Part shown: piece after piece, positions 33,225 through 48,200 of the stretch
Layout: each line of letters opens with the position of its first letter
Numbering within the stretch: the first letter of the stretch is position 1
DNA from: Eledone cirrhosa
Taxonomy: Eukaryota
Reading direction: 5' to 3'
Length of the DNA stretch: 64,000 bases
Assembly (NCBI GenBank): GCA_964016885.1
Contig: OZ024744.1
Coordinates: 101,494,001-101,558,000, forward strand
Translations under genes and position numbers: made by a program
The notes under the pieces: generated by a model
What the model saw: only the letters and a program-made list of their open reading frames with translations
Told to the model about the DNA's origin: nothing
The model's database searches: none

Positions 33225-36200
33225 AGTCTAACACTTTACAGTCTATAGTTAGTCTAATACTTTACAGTCAATAGTTAGTTTAACACATTACAGTCTATAG
33301 TTAGTCTCACATTTTACAATCTATAGTTAGTCTAATACTTTACAGTCTATTACTGGTCTAATACTTTACCATCTATAGGTAGTCTAATACTTTACACTCT
33401 ATAGATAGTCTAATACTTAACATTATATAGTTAGTCAAATACTTTACTGTCGATAGATAGTCTAATACTTTGCAGTCTATAGTTAATCTAATACTTCACA
33501 GTCTGTAGATAGTCTAACACATTACAGTCTAGAGTTAGTCTAATACTTTACAGTCTCTCACTGGTCTAACACTTTACAATCTATAGTTAGTCTAATACTT
33601 TACAGTTTATAGATAGTCTAACACTTTACAGTCTATAGTTAGTCTAATACTTTACAGTCTATAGTTAGTTTAACACATTGCTGTCTATAGTTAGTCTCAC
33701 ATTTTACAATCTATAGTTAGTCTAATACATTACAGTCTATAGTTAGTCTAATACTTTACAGTCTATCACTGGCCTAACAATTTATAGTCTATCATTGGTC
33801 TAATACTTTACTGTCCATAGGTAGTCTACTACTTTACAGTTTATAGGTAGTCTAATGCTTTACTGTCTATACTTCGTCTAATAGATTAAGTCTATAGTTA
33901 GTCTAACACATTACAGTCTATAGTTAGTCTAATACTTTACAGTCTATAGTTAGTCTAATAATTTACAGTCTATAGATATTCTAATAATTTAGAGACTATA
34001 GTTAGTCTAATACTTTACTGTCGATAGTTAGTCTAATGTTTTGCAGTCTATAGTTAGTCTAAACTTTACAGTACAAAGTTAGTCTAATACATTACAGTCT
34101 CTCACTGGTGAAATACTTTACAGTCTATAGTTAGGCTAACAATTTACAGTCTATAGTTAGTGTAATACTTTACAGTCTATAGTTAGTCTAAAACTTTACA
34201 GTCTATAGTTAATCTAGCACTTTATTGTCTATAGTTAGATTAATACTTTACTGTCTATAGTTAGTCTAATACTTTACAGTATATCACAGGTCTAACACTT
34301 TACAGTCTATAGTTAGTCTAATACTTTACTATATATAGTTACTCTAATACTTTACAGTATATATTTAGACAAAAATTTTACAGTCTATAGTTAGTCTTAC
34401 ACTTTACAGTCTATAGGTAGTCCAGGACTTTACTTTCTATAGTTAGTCTAAAACTTTAGAGTCTATAGTTAGTCTAATACTTTACTGTATATAGTTGCTT
34501 TAATACTTTACAGTCTATAGTTAGTCTACCACTTTACAGTCTACAGTTAGTCTAATGCTTTATAATCTATCACTGGTCTAAAACATTACAGTCTAAAGTT
34601 AGTCTAATACTTTACTGTATATAGTTACACTAATACTTTACTGTCTATAGTTAGTCAAAAGCTTTACTGTCTATAATTAGTCTAATACTTTACAGTCTAT
34701 AGTTAGTCTAACACTTTACAGTCTATTGATAGTTTAACACTTTACTATCTGTAGTCAATCTAATACTTTACACCATATCACTGGTCGAACTCTTTACAGT
34801 CTATAGTTAGTCTAATACTTTACAGTCTATAGTTAGTCTAACACTTTACAGTCTATTGATAGTTTAACACTTTACTATCTGTAGTCAATCTAATACTTTA
34901 CACCATATCACTGGTCGAACTCTTTACAGTCTATAGTTAGTCTAATACTTTACAGTCTATAGTTAGTCTAGCACTTTACTGTCTATAGTTAGTCTAAAAC
35001 TTTACAGCCTATAATTAGTCTAACATTTTACAGTCTATAGTTAGTGTAATACTTTACAGTCTATAGTTAGTCTAACACTTTAGAGTCTATAGTTAGTCTA
35101 ACACTTTACAGTCTATAGTTAGTCTAATGCATTAAAATGTATCAATGGTCTAATACATTACAGTCTAAAGTTAGTCTAATAATTTACAGTCTATAGTTAT
35201 TCTAATAATTTACTGTCTATCACTGGTCAAATACATTACTGTCAATAGTTAGTCTAACAGTTTACTGTATATAGTTACTCTAATACTTTACAGTCAACAG
35301 TTAGTCAAAAACTTTACAGTCTATAATTAGTCTAATACTTTACAGTCTAGAGTTAGTCCAACACTTTAATGTCTATAGTTAGTCTAACAATTTACAGTCA
35401 ATAGTTAGTCTAATACTTTACAGTCTATAGTTAGTCAAAAACTTTACAGACTATAGTTAGTCTTACACTTTACAGTCTATAGTTCGTCTAGGACTTTACT
35501 TTCTATAGTTAGTCTAAAACTTTAGAGTCTATAGTTAGTCTAATACTTTACAGTATATAGTTAGTCTAATACATGACAGTCTATAGCTAGTCTAACACTT
35601 TACAGTCTATAGATAGTCTAATAGTTTACTGTATATAGTTGCTTTAACACTTTACAGTCTATAGTTAGTCTACCACTTTACAGTTTATAGTTAGTCTAAT
35701 GCTTTACAATCTATCACTGGTCTAATACATTACAGTCTAAAGTTAGTCTAATACTTTACTGTATATAGTTACTCTAATACTTTACATTCTATAGTTAGTC
35801 AAAAACTTTACAGTCTATAATTAGTGTAATACTTTACAGTCTATAGTTCGTCTAACACATTTCTGTCTATACTAAGTCTAATACGTTACAGTCTATAGTT
35901 AGTCTAATACTTTACAGTCTATAGATAGTCTAACACTTTACAGTCTATAGTTAGTCTAAAACTTTACAGCCTATAATTAGTCTAACATTTTACAGTCTAT
36001 AGTTAGTCTAATGCATTAAAATGTATCAATGGTATAATACATTACAGTCTAAAGTTAGTCTAATAATTTACAGTCTATTGTTAGTCTAATATTTTACTGT
36101 CTATCACTGGTCAAATACATTAATGTCAATAGTTTGTCTAATACTTTACTGTATATAGTTACTCTAATACTTTACAGTCTACAGTTAGTCAAAAACTTTA

Positions 36201-39200
36201 CAGTCTATAATTAGTCTAATACTTTACAGTCTAGAGTTAGTCCAACACTTTAATGTCTATAGTTAGTCTAACAATTTACAGTCAATAGTTAGTCTAATAC
36301 TTTACAGTCTATAATTAGTATAATACTTTACAGTCTATAGTTAGTTAAAAACTTTATAGTCTATAGTTAGTCTAACACTTTACAGTCTATAGTTAGTTTA
36401 ACACTTTACTGTCTGTAGTTAGGCTAATACTTTAGAAGATATCACTGGTCGAACACTTAACAGTCTATAGTTAGTCTAATACTTTACTGACTATTGTTAG
36501 TCTAGCACTTTACTGTCTATAGTTAGTCTAAAACTTTACAGTCTATAATTAGTCTAACATTATACAGTTTATAGTTAGTCTAATACTTTACAGTCTATAG
36601 TTAGTCTAATGCATTAAAATGTATCACTGGTCTAATACTTTACAGTCTAAAGTTAGTCTAATAATTAACAGTATATAGTTAGTCGAAAACTTTACTGTCT
36701 ATCACTGGTCTAATACATTAATGTCAATAGTTAGTCAAACACATTACAGTCTACAGTTAGTCTAATGATTTACAATCTATCACTGGTCTAATACTTTACA
36801 GGCTAAAGGTAGTCTAATACTTTACAGTCTATAGTTAATCTAATACTTTACTGTCCATAGTTAGTCTAATACTTTAATGTCTATAGTTAGTCTAATACTT
36901 TACTGTATATAGTTACTCTAATACTTTACAGTCTACAGTTAGTCTAATACTTAACTGACTATTGTTAGTCTAGCACTTTACTGTCTATAGTTAGTCTAAA
37001 ATTTTACAGTCTATAATTAGTCTAACATTATACAGTGTATAGTTAGTCTAATACATTACTGTCTCTAGTTAGTCTAACACTTTACAGTCTATAGTTAGTC
37101 TAATACGTTACACGATATAGTTAGTTTAACACTTTACAGTTTACAGTTAGTCAAAAACTTTACAGTCTATAGTTAGTCGAATACGTTACAGTATATAGTT
37201 ACTCTAATAGTTTACAGTCTATAGTTAGTTTAACACTTTACTGTCTGTAGTTAGTCTAATACTTTACAGTATATCACTGGTCGAACACTTTCCAGTCTAT
37301 AGTCAGTCTAATGCATTAAAATGTATTACTGGTCTAATACATTACAGTCAAAAGTTAGTCCAATAATTGACAGTCTATAGTTAGTCTAATATTTTACTGT
37401 CTATAGATAGTCTAATACTTTACTGTCTATAGTTAGACTAACACTTTACAGTCTATAGTTAGTCTAATACTTTACTGTTCATAGTTAGTCTAATACTTTA
37501 ATGTCTATAGATCGTCTAACACTTTACAGGCTATAATTAGTCTAATACGTTACAGTTTATAGTTAGTCTAACACTTCACTGTCTGTAGTTCGTCTAATAC
37601 TTTACAGTACATCACTGGTCGAACACATTACAGTCTATAGTTATTCTAATACTTTACTGTATGTAGTTACTCTAATACTTTACAGCCTATACTTAGTCTA
37701 GCACTTTACTGTCTATAGTTAGTCTAACACTTTACATTCTATAATTTGTCAAACACTTTACAGTCTATAGTTAGTTTAATACTTTACAGTCTATAGTTAG
37801 TCTAATACTTTACAGTATATAGTCAGTCTAATAAATTACAGTCTATAGTTAGTCTAACACATTACAGTCTACAGTTAGTCTAATGCTTTACAATCTATCA
37901 CTGGTCTAATACTTTACAGTCTAAAGTTAGTCTAACACGTTACTGTCTATAATTAGCCTAAAAGTTTAGAGTCTATAGTTAGTATAACACTTTACTGTCT
38001 ATAGTTAGTCTAATACTTTACTGTATATAGTTACTCTAATACTTTACAGTCTCTAGTTAGTCAAAAACTTTACAGTCTATTGTTAGTTTAACACTTTATT
38101 ATCTGTAGTTAATCTAATACTTTACAGTCTATAGTTAGTCTAACACTTTACAATCTATTGTTAGTTTTACACTTTACTATCTGTAGTCAATCTAATAGTT
38201 TACACCATATCACTTGTCGAACTCTTTACAGTCTATAGTTAGTCTAATACTTTACTGTATATAGTTAGTCTAGCACTTTACTGTCTATAGTTAGTCTAAA
38301 ACTTTACAGCCTATAATTAGTCTAACGTTTTACAGTCTATAGTTAGTCTAATACTTTACATTCTATAGTTAGTCTAATACTTTAGAGTGTATAGTTAGTC
38401 TAACAGTTTACAGTCTATAGTTAGACTAATGCATTAAAATGTATCACTGATCAAATACATTACAGTCTAAAGTTAGTCTAATAATTTACAATCTATAGTT
38501 ACTCTAATACTTTACAGTCTATAGAAAGTCAAAAACTTTACAGTCTATAGTTAGTCTTACACTTTACACTGTATAATTACTCTAATAATTTACAGTCTAA
38601 AGTTAGTCTCACACTTTACAGTCTATAGTTAGTCTAACACTTTACAGTCTATAGTTAGTTTAACACTTTACTGTCTGTAGTTAGTCTAATACATTAGAGT
38701 ATATCTCTGGTCGAACACTTAACATTCTATAGTTAGTCTAATACTTTACTGTATATAGTTACTCTAATACTTTACAAACTTTAGTTAGTCTAGCACTTTA
38801 CTGTCTATAGTTAGTCTAAAACTTTACAGTCTATAATTAGTCTAACATTATACAGTCTATAGTTAGTCTAATACTTTACTGTTCATAGTTAGTCTAATAC
38901 TTTAATGTCTATAGATCGTCTAACACTTTACAGTCTATAATTAGTCTAATACGTTACAGTCTATAGTTAGTCTAACACTTCACTGTCTATAGTTAGTCTA
39001 ATACTTTACAGTACATCACTGGTCGAACACATTACAGTCTATAGTTATTCTAATACTTTACTGTATGTAGTTACTTTAATACTTAACAGCCTATACTTAG
39101 TCTAGCACTTTACTGTCTATAGTTAGTCTAACACTTTACATTCTATAATTAGTCTAACACTTTACAGTCTATAGTTAGTTTAATACTTTACAGTCTATAG

Positions 39201-42200
39201 TTAGTCTAACACTTAACAGTCTATAATTAGTCTAACTCTTTACTGTCTATAGTTGGTCTAATACTTTACTGTCTATAGTTAGTCTAATACTTTACAGTAT
39301 ATAGTCAGTCTAATACTTTACTGTATATAGTTACTCTAATACTTTACAGTCTCTAGTTAGTCAAAAACTTTACAGTCTATAATTAGTCTAATACTTTACA
39401 GTCTATAGTTATTCTAATACTTTACTGTATGTAGTTACTTTAATACTTAACAGCCTATACTTAGTCTAGCACTTTACTGTCTATAGTTAGTCTAACACTT
39501 TACATTCTATAATTAGTCTAACACATTACAGTCTACAGTTAGTCTAACACTTTACAGTCTATTGTTAGTTTAACACTTTATTATCTGTAGTTAATCTAAT
39601 ACTTTACAATCTATAGTTAGTCTAACACTTTACAGTCTATTGTTAGTTTTACACTTTACTATCTGTAGTCAATCTAATACTTTACACCATATCACTGGTC
39701 GAACTCTTTACAGTCTATAGTTAGTCTAATACTTTACAGTCTATAGTTAGTCTAGTACTTTACTGTCTATAGTTAGTCTAAAACTTTACAGTCTATAATT
39801 AGTCTAACATTATACAGTTTATAGTTAGTCTAATACTTTACAGTCTATAGTTAGTCTAACACTTTACAGTCCATAGTTAGTCTAATGCATTAAAATGTAT
39901 CACTGATCTAATGCATTACGGTCTAAAGTTAGTCTAATAATTTACAGTATATAGTTAGTCTAATACTTTACTGTCTATCACTGGTCTAATACGTTAATGT
40001 CAATAGTTAGTCAAACACTTTACAGTCTATAGTTAATCCAATACTTTACTGTATATAGTTACTCTAATACTTTACAGACTATAGTTAGTCTAACACATTA
40101 CAGTCTACAGTTAGTCTAATGTTTTACAATCTATCACTGGTCTAATACTTTACAGGCTAAAGGTAGTCTAATACTTTACAGTCTATCTCTGGTCTAATAC
40201 ATTACTCACTATAGTTAGTCTAACAATTTACAGTCTATAGTTAATCTAATACTTTACCGTCCATAGTTAGTCTAATACTTTAATGTCTATAGTTAGTCTA
40301 ATACTTAACTGTATATTGTTACTCTAATATTTACAGTCTATTGTTAGTCAAAGACTTTACAGTCTATAGTTAGTCTAACACTTTACAGTCTATAGTTAGT
40401 TTAACACTTTACTGTCTGTAGTTAGTCTAATACATTAGAGTATATCTCTGGTCGAACACTTAACAGACTATAGTTAGTCTAATACTTTACTGTATATAGT
40501 TACTCTAATACTTTACAGACTATAGTTATTCTAGCACTTTACTGTCTATAGTTAGTCTAACATTTTACAGTCTATAATTAGTCTAACATTATACAGTCTA
40601 TAGTTAGTCTAATACTTTACTGTCTATAGTTAGTCTAACACTTTACAATCTATAGTTAGTCTAACACTTTACAATCTATAGTTAGTCTAATATGTTACAC
40701 GATATAGTCAGTCTAACACTTTACAGTTTACAGTTAGTCAAAAACTTTACAGTCTATAGTTACTCTAATACGTTACAGTATATAGTTATTCTAATACTTT
40801 ACAGTCTATAGTTAGTTTAACACTTTACTGCCTGTAGTTAGTCTAATACTTTACAGTATATCACTGGTCGAACACTTTCCAGTCTATAGTCAGTCTAATG
40901 CATTAAAATGTATTACTGGTCTAATACATTACAGTCAAAAGTTAGTCTAATAATTGACAGTCTATAGTTAGTTTAATACTTTACTGTCTATAGTTAAACT
41001 AATAATTTACTGTCTATAGTTAGACTAACACTTTACAGTCTATAGTTAGTCTAATACTTTACAGTACATCACTGGTCGAACACATTACAGTCTACAGTTA
41101 TTCTGATACTTTACTGTATGTAGTTACTTTAATACTTTACAGCCTATACTTAGTCTAGCACTTTACTGTCTATAGTTAGTCTAACACTTTACATTATATA
41201 ATTAGTCTAACACTTTACAGTCTATAGTTAGTTTAATACTTTATAATCTATAGTTAGTCTAACACTTTACTCTCTATAGTTGGTCTAATACTTTACAGTA
41301 TATAGTCAGTCTAATACATTACAGGTTATAGTTAGTCTAACACATTACAGTCTACAGTTAGTCTAATGCTTTACAATCTATCACTGTCCTAATACTTTAC
41401 AGTCTAAAGTTAGTCTAACACATAACTGTCTATAGTTAGTCTAAAAGTTTACAGTCTATAGTTAGTCTAATACTTTACTGTATATAGTTCCTCTAATACT
41501 TTACAGTCGCTAGTTAGTCAAAAACTTTACAGTCTATAATTAGTCTAACACTTTACTGTCTATAGTTAGTCTAATACTTTACAGTCACTCACTGGTCTAA
41601 CACTTTACAATCTATAGTTAGTCTAACACTTTACAGTCTATAGTTATTCTAACACTTTACAGTCTATAGTTAGTCTAATACTTTACAGTCTAATACTTTA
41701 CAAACTATCACTGGTCTCATACTTTAGAGTCTAAAGTTAGTCTAAAACTTTACAGTCTATCACTCGCCTAGTACATTAATGTCTATAGTTAGTCTAACTC
41801 TTTGCAGTCTATAGTTAGTTTAATACTTTAGAATCTATAGTTAGTCTAACACTTTACAATCTATAGTTAGTCTAACACTTTACAGTCTACAGTTAGTTTA
41901 ACACTTTACTGTCTATAGTTAGTCTAACACTTTACAGTCTATAGCTAGTCTAATATTTTACAGTCTATAGTTAGTCTAACACTTTTACAGTCTATATTTA
42001 GTTTAACACTTTACAGTCTATAGTTACTCTAATACTTTACAGTCTATAGTTAGTCTAACACTTTACAGTCTATAGTTAGTCTAATGCATTAAATGTATCA
42101 ATGGTCTAATACATTACAGTCTAAAGTTAGTCTAATAAATTACAGTCTATAGTTAGTTTAACACTTTACTGTCAGTACTTAGTCTAATACTTTACAGTGT

Positions 42201-45200
42201 ATCATTGGTAGAACACATCACAGTCTTTAGTCAGTCTAATACTTTATAGTATATAGTTAGTCTAATACATTACAGTCTATAGTTAGTCTAACACTTTACA
42301 GTCTATAGTTAGTGAAATACTTTACTGTCCATAGTTAGTCTAATACTTTAATGTCTATAGTTTGTTTAACACTTTACAGTCAATAGTTAGTCTAATATTT
42401 ACACCCTATAGTTATTCTAATACTTTACAGTCTATAGATAGACTAACACTTCACAGTCTATAATGAGTCTAATACTTCACAGTATATCACTGGTCGAACA
42501 CATTACAGTCTATAGTTAGTTTAATACTTTACTGTATATAGTTAGTCTAACAATTTACAGTCTATAGTTAGTATAATACTTTACAGTATATAGTTAGTCT
42601 AACGCATTACAGGTGATAGATATTCTAGCACCTTACTGTCTGTAGCTAGTGTAATACTTTACAGTATATCACTGGTTTAATACTTTACAGTCTAAGTTAG
42701 TCTAACAATCTACAGTCAATAGGTAGTCTAATACTTTACAGTATTTAGTTAGTCGAATACTTTACTGTATATAGTTACTCTAATACTATACAGTCTAAAG
42801 TTAGTATAACACTTTACTGTCTATAGTTAGTCTAATACGTTACAGTATATAGTTATTATAATACTTTACAGTCTATAGTTGGTTTAACCCTTTACTGTCT
42901 GTAGTTAGTCTAATACTTTACAGTATATCACTGGTCGAACACCTTACAGTCGATAGTTAGTCTAATACTTTACTGTGTATAGTTAGTCTAACACTTTACT
43001 GTCTATAGTTAGTCAAAATCTTTACAGTCTATAGTTTGTCTAAAATTTACAGTCTATAGTTAGTCTAACACTTTACAGTCTATAGTTATTCTAATACTTT
43101 ACAGCCTCTCACTGGCCTATCACTGTACAATCTATAGTTAGACTAATACTTTACAGTTTATAGTTCGTCTAACACTTTACAGTCTAAAGTTAGTCTAATG
43201 CATTAAAATTTATCACTGGTCTAATACATTACAGTCTGAAGTTAGTCTAATAGTTTACAGTCTATAATTAGTCTAATATTTTACGTGCTATAGTTAGTCT
43301 TACACTTTATTGTCTATAGTTAGTTTAACACTTTACTGTCTCTACTTAGTCTAATACTTTACAGTATATCACTGGACGAACACGTTACAGCCTATAGTTA
43401 GTCTAACACTTTACAGTCTATAGTTAATCTAATACGTTACAGTCTATAGTTAGTCTAATAATTAAAAGTCTACAGTTAGACTATAACGTTACAATCTATT
43501 ACTGGTCTAATACATTAATGTCTATAGATAATCTAACATATTGTGGTCTATAGTTAGTTTAATCCTTTACAGAATATAGTTAATCTAAAAGTTTACAGTT
43601 AATCTTATACATTACTGTCCATAGTTAGTCTAACACTTTAATCTCTATAGTTAGTCTAACACTTTACAGTCAATAGTTCGTCTAATACTTTTAACTCTAG
43701 AGTTAGTTTAATACTTTACTGTATATAGTTACTCAAATACTTTACAGTCTAAAGTTAGTCAAAAAATTTACAGTCTATAGTTAGTTTGACACTTTACAGT
43801 CTATAATTAGTCTAATACTTTACAGTGTATAGTTAGTCTAATACCTTACTGTCTATAGTTAATCAAACACTTTACGGTCTTAATTTAGTCTAATACTTTA
43901 CTGTCGATAGTTAGTCTAATACTTTACTGTCTATAAGTAGTCTAATAATTTACTCTCTATAGTTACACTAATACTTTACTGTCTATAGTTAGTGCAATAC
44001 TTTACAGTCTATAGTTAGTCTAATACTTTACTGTCTATAGTTAATCTAATACTTTACAATCTATAGAAAGTCTAATAATTTACAGTCGATAGTTAGTCTA
44101 ACACTTTACAGTCTATAGTTATTCTAATACTTTACAGCCTCTCACTGGCCTATCACTTTACAATCTATAGTTAGACTAATACTTTACAGTTTATAGTTCG
44201 TCTAACACTTTACAGTCTAAAGTTAGTCTAATACTTTACAGTCTCTCACTGGTGAAATTCTTTAGAGACCCTAGTTAGTCTAACACTTTACAGTCTATAG
44301 TTAATCTAATACTTAACACCCTACAGTTTGTCTAACACTTTATTGTCTATAGTTAGTTTGACACTTTACTGTCTGTATTTAGTCTAATACTTTACAGCAT
44401 ATCACTGGTCGAACACTTTACAGTCTATAGTTAGTCTAACACTTTACAGTCTATAGTTAGTCTAATGCATTAAAATTTATCACTGGTCTAATACATTACA
44501 GTTTGAAGTTAGTCTAATAGTTTACAGTCTATAATTAGTCTAATATTTTACGTGCTATAGTTAGTCTTACACTTTATTGTCTATAGTTAGTTTAACACTT
44601 TACTGTCACTACTTAGTCTAATACTTTACAGTATATCACTGGACGAACACGTTACAGCCTATAGTTAGTCTAACACTTTACAGTCTATAGTTAATCTAAT
44701 ACGTTACAGTCTATAGTTAGTCTAATAATTAAAAGTCTACAGTTAGACTATAACGTTACAATCTATTACTGGTCTAATACATTAATGTCTATAGATAATC
44801 TAACATATTGTGGTCTATAGTTAGTTTAATCCTTTACAGAATATAGTTAATCTAAAAGTTTACAGTTAATCTTATACATTACTGTCCATAGTTAGTCTAA
44901 CACTTTAATCTCTATAGTTAGTCTAACACTTTACAGTCAATAGTTCGTCTAATACTTTTAACTCTAGAGTTAGTTTAATACTTTACTGTATATAGTTACT
45001 CAAATACTTTACAGTCTAAAGTTAGTCAAAAAATTTACAGTCTATAGTTAGTTTGACACTTTACAGTCTATAATTAGTCTAATACTTTACAGTGTATAGT
45101 TAGTCTAATACCTTACTGTCTATAGTTAATCAAACACTTTACGGTCTTAATTTAGTCTAATACTTTACTGTCGATAGTTAGTCTAATACTTTACTGTCTA

Positions 45201-48200
45201 TAAGTAGTCTAATAATTTACTCTCTATAGTTACACTAATACTTTACTGTCTATAGTTAGTGCAATACTTTACAGTCTATAGTTAGTCTAATACTTTACTG
45301 TCTATAGTTAATCTAATACTTTACAATCTATAGAAAGTCTAATAATTTACAGTCGATAGTTAGTCTAACACTTTACAGTCTATAGTTAATCTAATACTTT
45401 ACAGCCTCTCACTGGCCTATCACTTTACAATCTATAGTTAGACTAATACTTTACAGTTTATAGTTCGTCTAACACTTTACAGTCTAAAGTTAGTCTAATA
45501 CTTTACAGTCTCTCACTGGTGAAATTCTTTAGAGACCCTAGTTAGTCTAACACTTTACAGTCTATAGTTAATCTAATACTTAACACCCTACAGTTTGTCT
45601 AACACTTTATTGTCTATAGTTAGTTTGACACTTTACTGTCTGTATTTAGTCTAATACTTTACAGCATATCACTGGTCGAACACTTTACAGTCTATAGTTA
45701 GTCTAACACTTTACAGTCTATAGTTAGTCTAATGCATTAAAATTTATCACTGGTCTAATACATTACAGTCTGAAGTTAGTCTAATAGTTTACAGTCTATA
45801 ATTAGTCTAATACTTTACGTGCTATAGTTAGTCTTACACTTTATTGTCTATAGTTAGTTTAACACTTTACTGTCCCTACTTAGTCTAATACTTTACAGTA
45901 TATCACTGGACGAACACTTTACAGCCTATAGTTAGTCTAACACTTTACAGTCTATAGTTAGTGTAATACGTTACAGTCTATAGTTAGTCTAATAATTAAA
46001 AGTCTACAGTTAGACTAATATGTTACAATCTATTACTGGTCTAATACATTAATGTCTATAGATAATCTAACATATTGTGGTCTATAGTTAGTTTAATCCT
46101 TTACAGACTATAGTTAATATAAAAGTTTACAGTCTATAGTTAGTCTTATACATTACTGTCCATAGTTAGTCTAACACTTTAATCTCTATAGTTAGTCTAA
46201 CACTTTACTGTCAATAGTTAGTATAATACTTTTCACTCTATAGTTAGTCTAATACTTTACTGTAAATAGTTACTCAAATACTTTACAGTCTATAGTTAGT
46301 CAAAAAATTTACAGTCTATAGTTAGTCTGACACTTTACAGTCTATAATTATTCTAATACTTTACTGTCGATAGTTTGTCTAATACTTTACTGTCTATAAG
46401 TAGTCTAATAATTTACTCTCTATAGTTACACTAATACTTTACTGTCTATAGTTAGTGCAATACTTAACAGTCTATAGTTAGTCAAATACATTACTGTCTA
46501 TAGTTAATCTAATACTTTACAGTCTATAGAAAGTCTAATAATTTACAGTCGATAGTTAGTCTAACACTTTACAGTCTATAGTTATTCTAATACTTTACAG
46601 CCTCTCACTGGCCTATCACTTTACAATCTATAGTTAGACTAATACTTTACAGTTTATAGTTCGTCTAACACTTTACAGTCTAAAGTTAGTCTAATACTTT
46701 ACAGTCTATAGTTAGTTTAATACTTTACTGTCTATATTTAATCTAATACTTTACAGTCTATAGAAAGTCTAATAATTTACAGTCGATAGTTAGTCAAACA
46801 CTTTACAGTGGATAGTTAGTCTAACACTTTACAGTCGACAGTTAGTCTAACATAGTTAGTCTAATACATTACTGTCTATAGTTAGTCTAATACTTTACAG
46901 TCTATAGTTAGTGTAAAACATTACTGTCTATAATTAGTCTAATGCATTACAGCCTATAGTTAGTCTAACACTTTACTGTCTATAGTTAGTCTAACACTTT
47001 ATAGTTCATAGTTAGTCTAATACATTACAGTCTATAGTTAGTCTAATACTTTACAGTGTATAGTTAGTATAATACCTTACATTCTATAGTTAATCTAATA
47101 ATTTACTGTCTATAGTCAGTCTAATAATTTACAGTCTATAATTAGTCTAATACTTTACTGTCTACAGTTAGTCTAATACTTAGTAGTCTATAGTTAGTCT
47201 AATACTTTTCAGTCTACAGTTAGTCTAATACTTTACAGTCTATAGTTAGTTTAATACTTTACTGTCTATATTTAATCTAATACTTTACAGTCTATAGTAA
47301 GTCTAATAATTTACAGTCGATAGTTAGTCTAACACTTTACAGTGGATAGTTAGTCTAACACTTTACAGACGACAGTTAGTCTAACACTTTACTGTCAATA
47401 GTTAGTCCAATACTTTACTTTCTATAGTTAGTCTAACACATTACTGTCTATAGTTAGACTAACACTTTACAGTCTATGGTTAGTCTAACACTTTACTGTC
47501 TATAGTTAGTCTAACACTTTACCGTCTAAACTTAGTCTAATACTTTACTGTCCATAGTTAATCTAATACTTTACAGTCTATAGTTAGGCTTATAATTTAC
47601 TGTGTATATTTAGTCTAATAATTTACAGTCTATAGTTAGACTAACACATTACTGTCTATAGTTAGACTAACACTTTACAGTCTATAGTTAGTCTAATACT
47701 TTACTGTCGATAGTTAGTCTACTACTTTACAGTCTATAGTTAGTCTAAAACGTTACTGTCTATAGTTAGTCTAATACTTTACAGACTATACTTAGCATGA
47801 CACTTTACTGTTGATAGATAGTCTAATACATTACAGTCTACAGTTAGTCTGATACTTGACAGTGTATAGTTAGTCTAATACTTTACTGGCTATATTTAAT
47901 CTAATTCTTTACAGTCTATAGTAAGTCTAACACTTTACATTCATAGTTAGTCTAACACATTTACGTCTATAGTTAGTCTAACACTTTAGTGTCTAGAGTT
48001 AGGCTTATACTTTACAGTCTATAGTTAGTCTAACACATTACTGTCTATAGTTAGACTAACACTTTACAGACTATAGTTAGTCTAACACTTTACTGTCTAT
48101 AGTTAGTCTAATACTTTACAGTTTAAAGTTAGTCTAATACGTTACAGTCTATAGATAATATAATAGTTTACAGTCTATAGTTAGTATAATACTTTACTAT

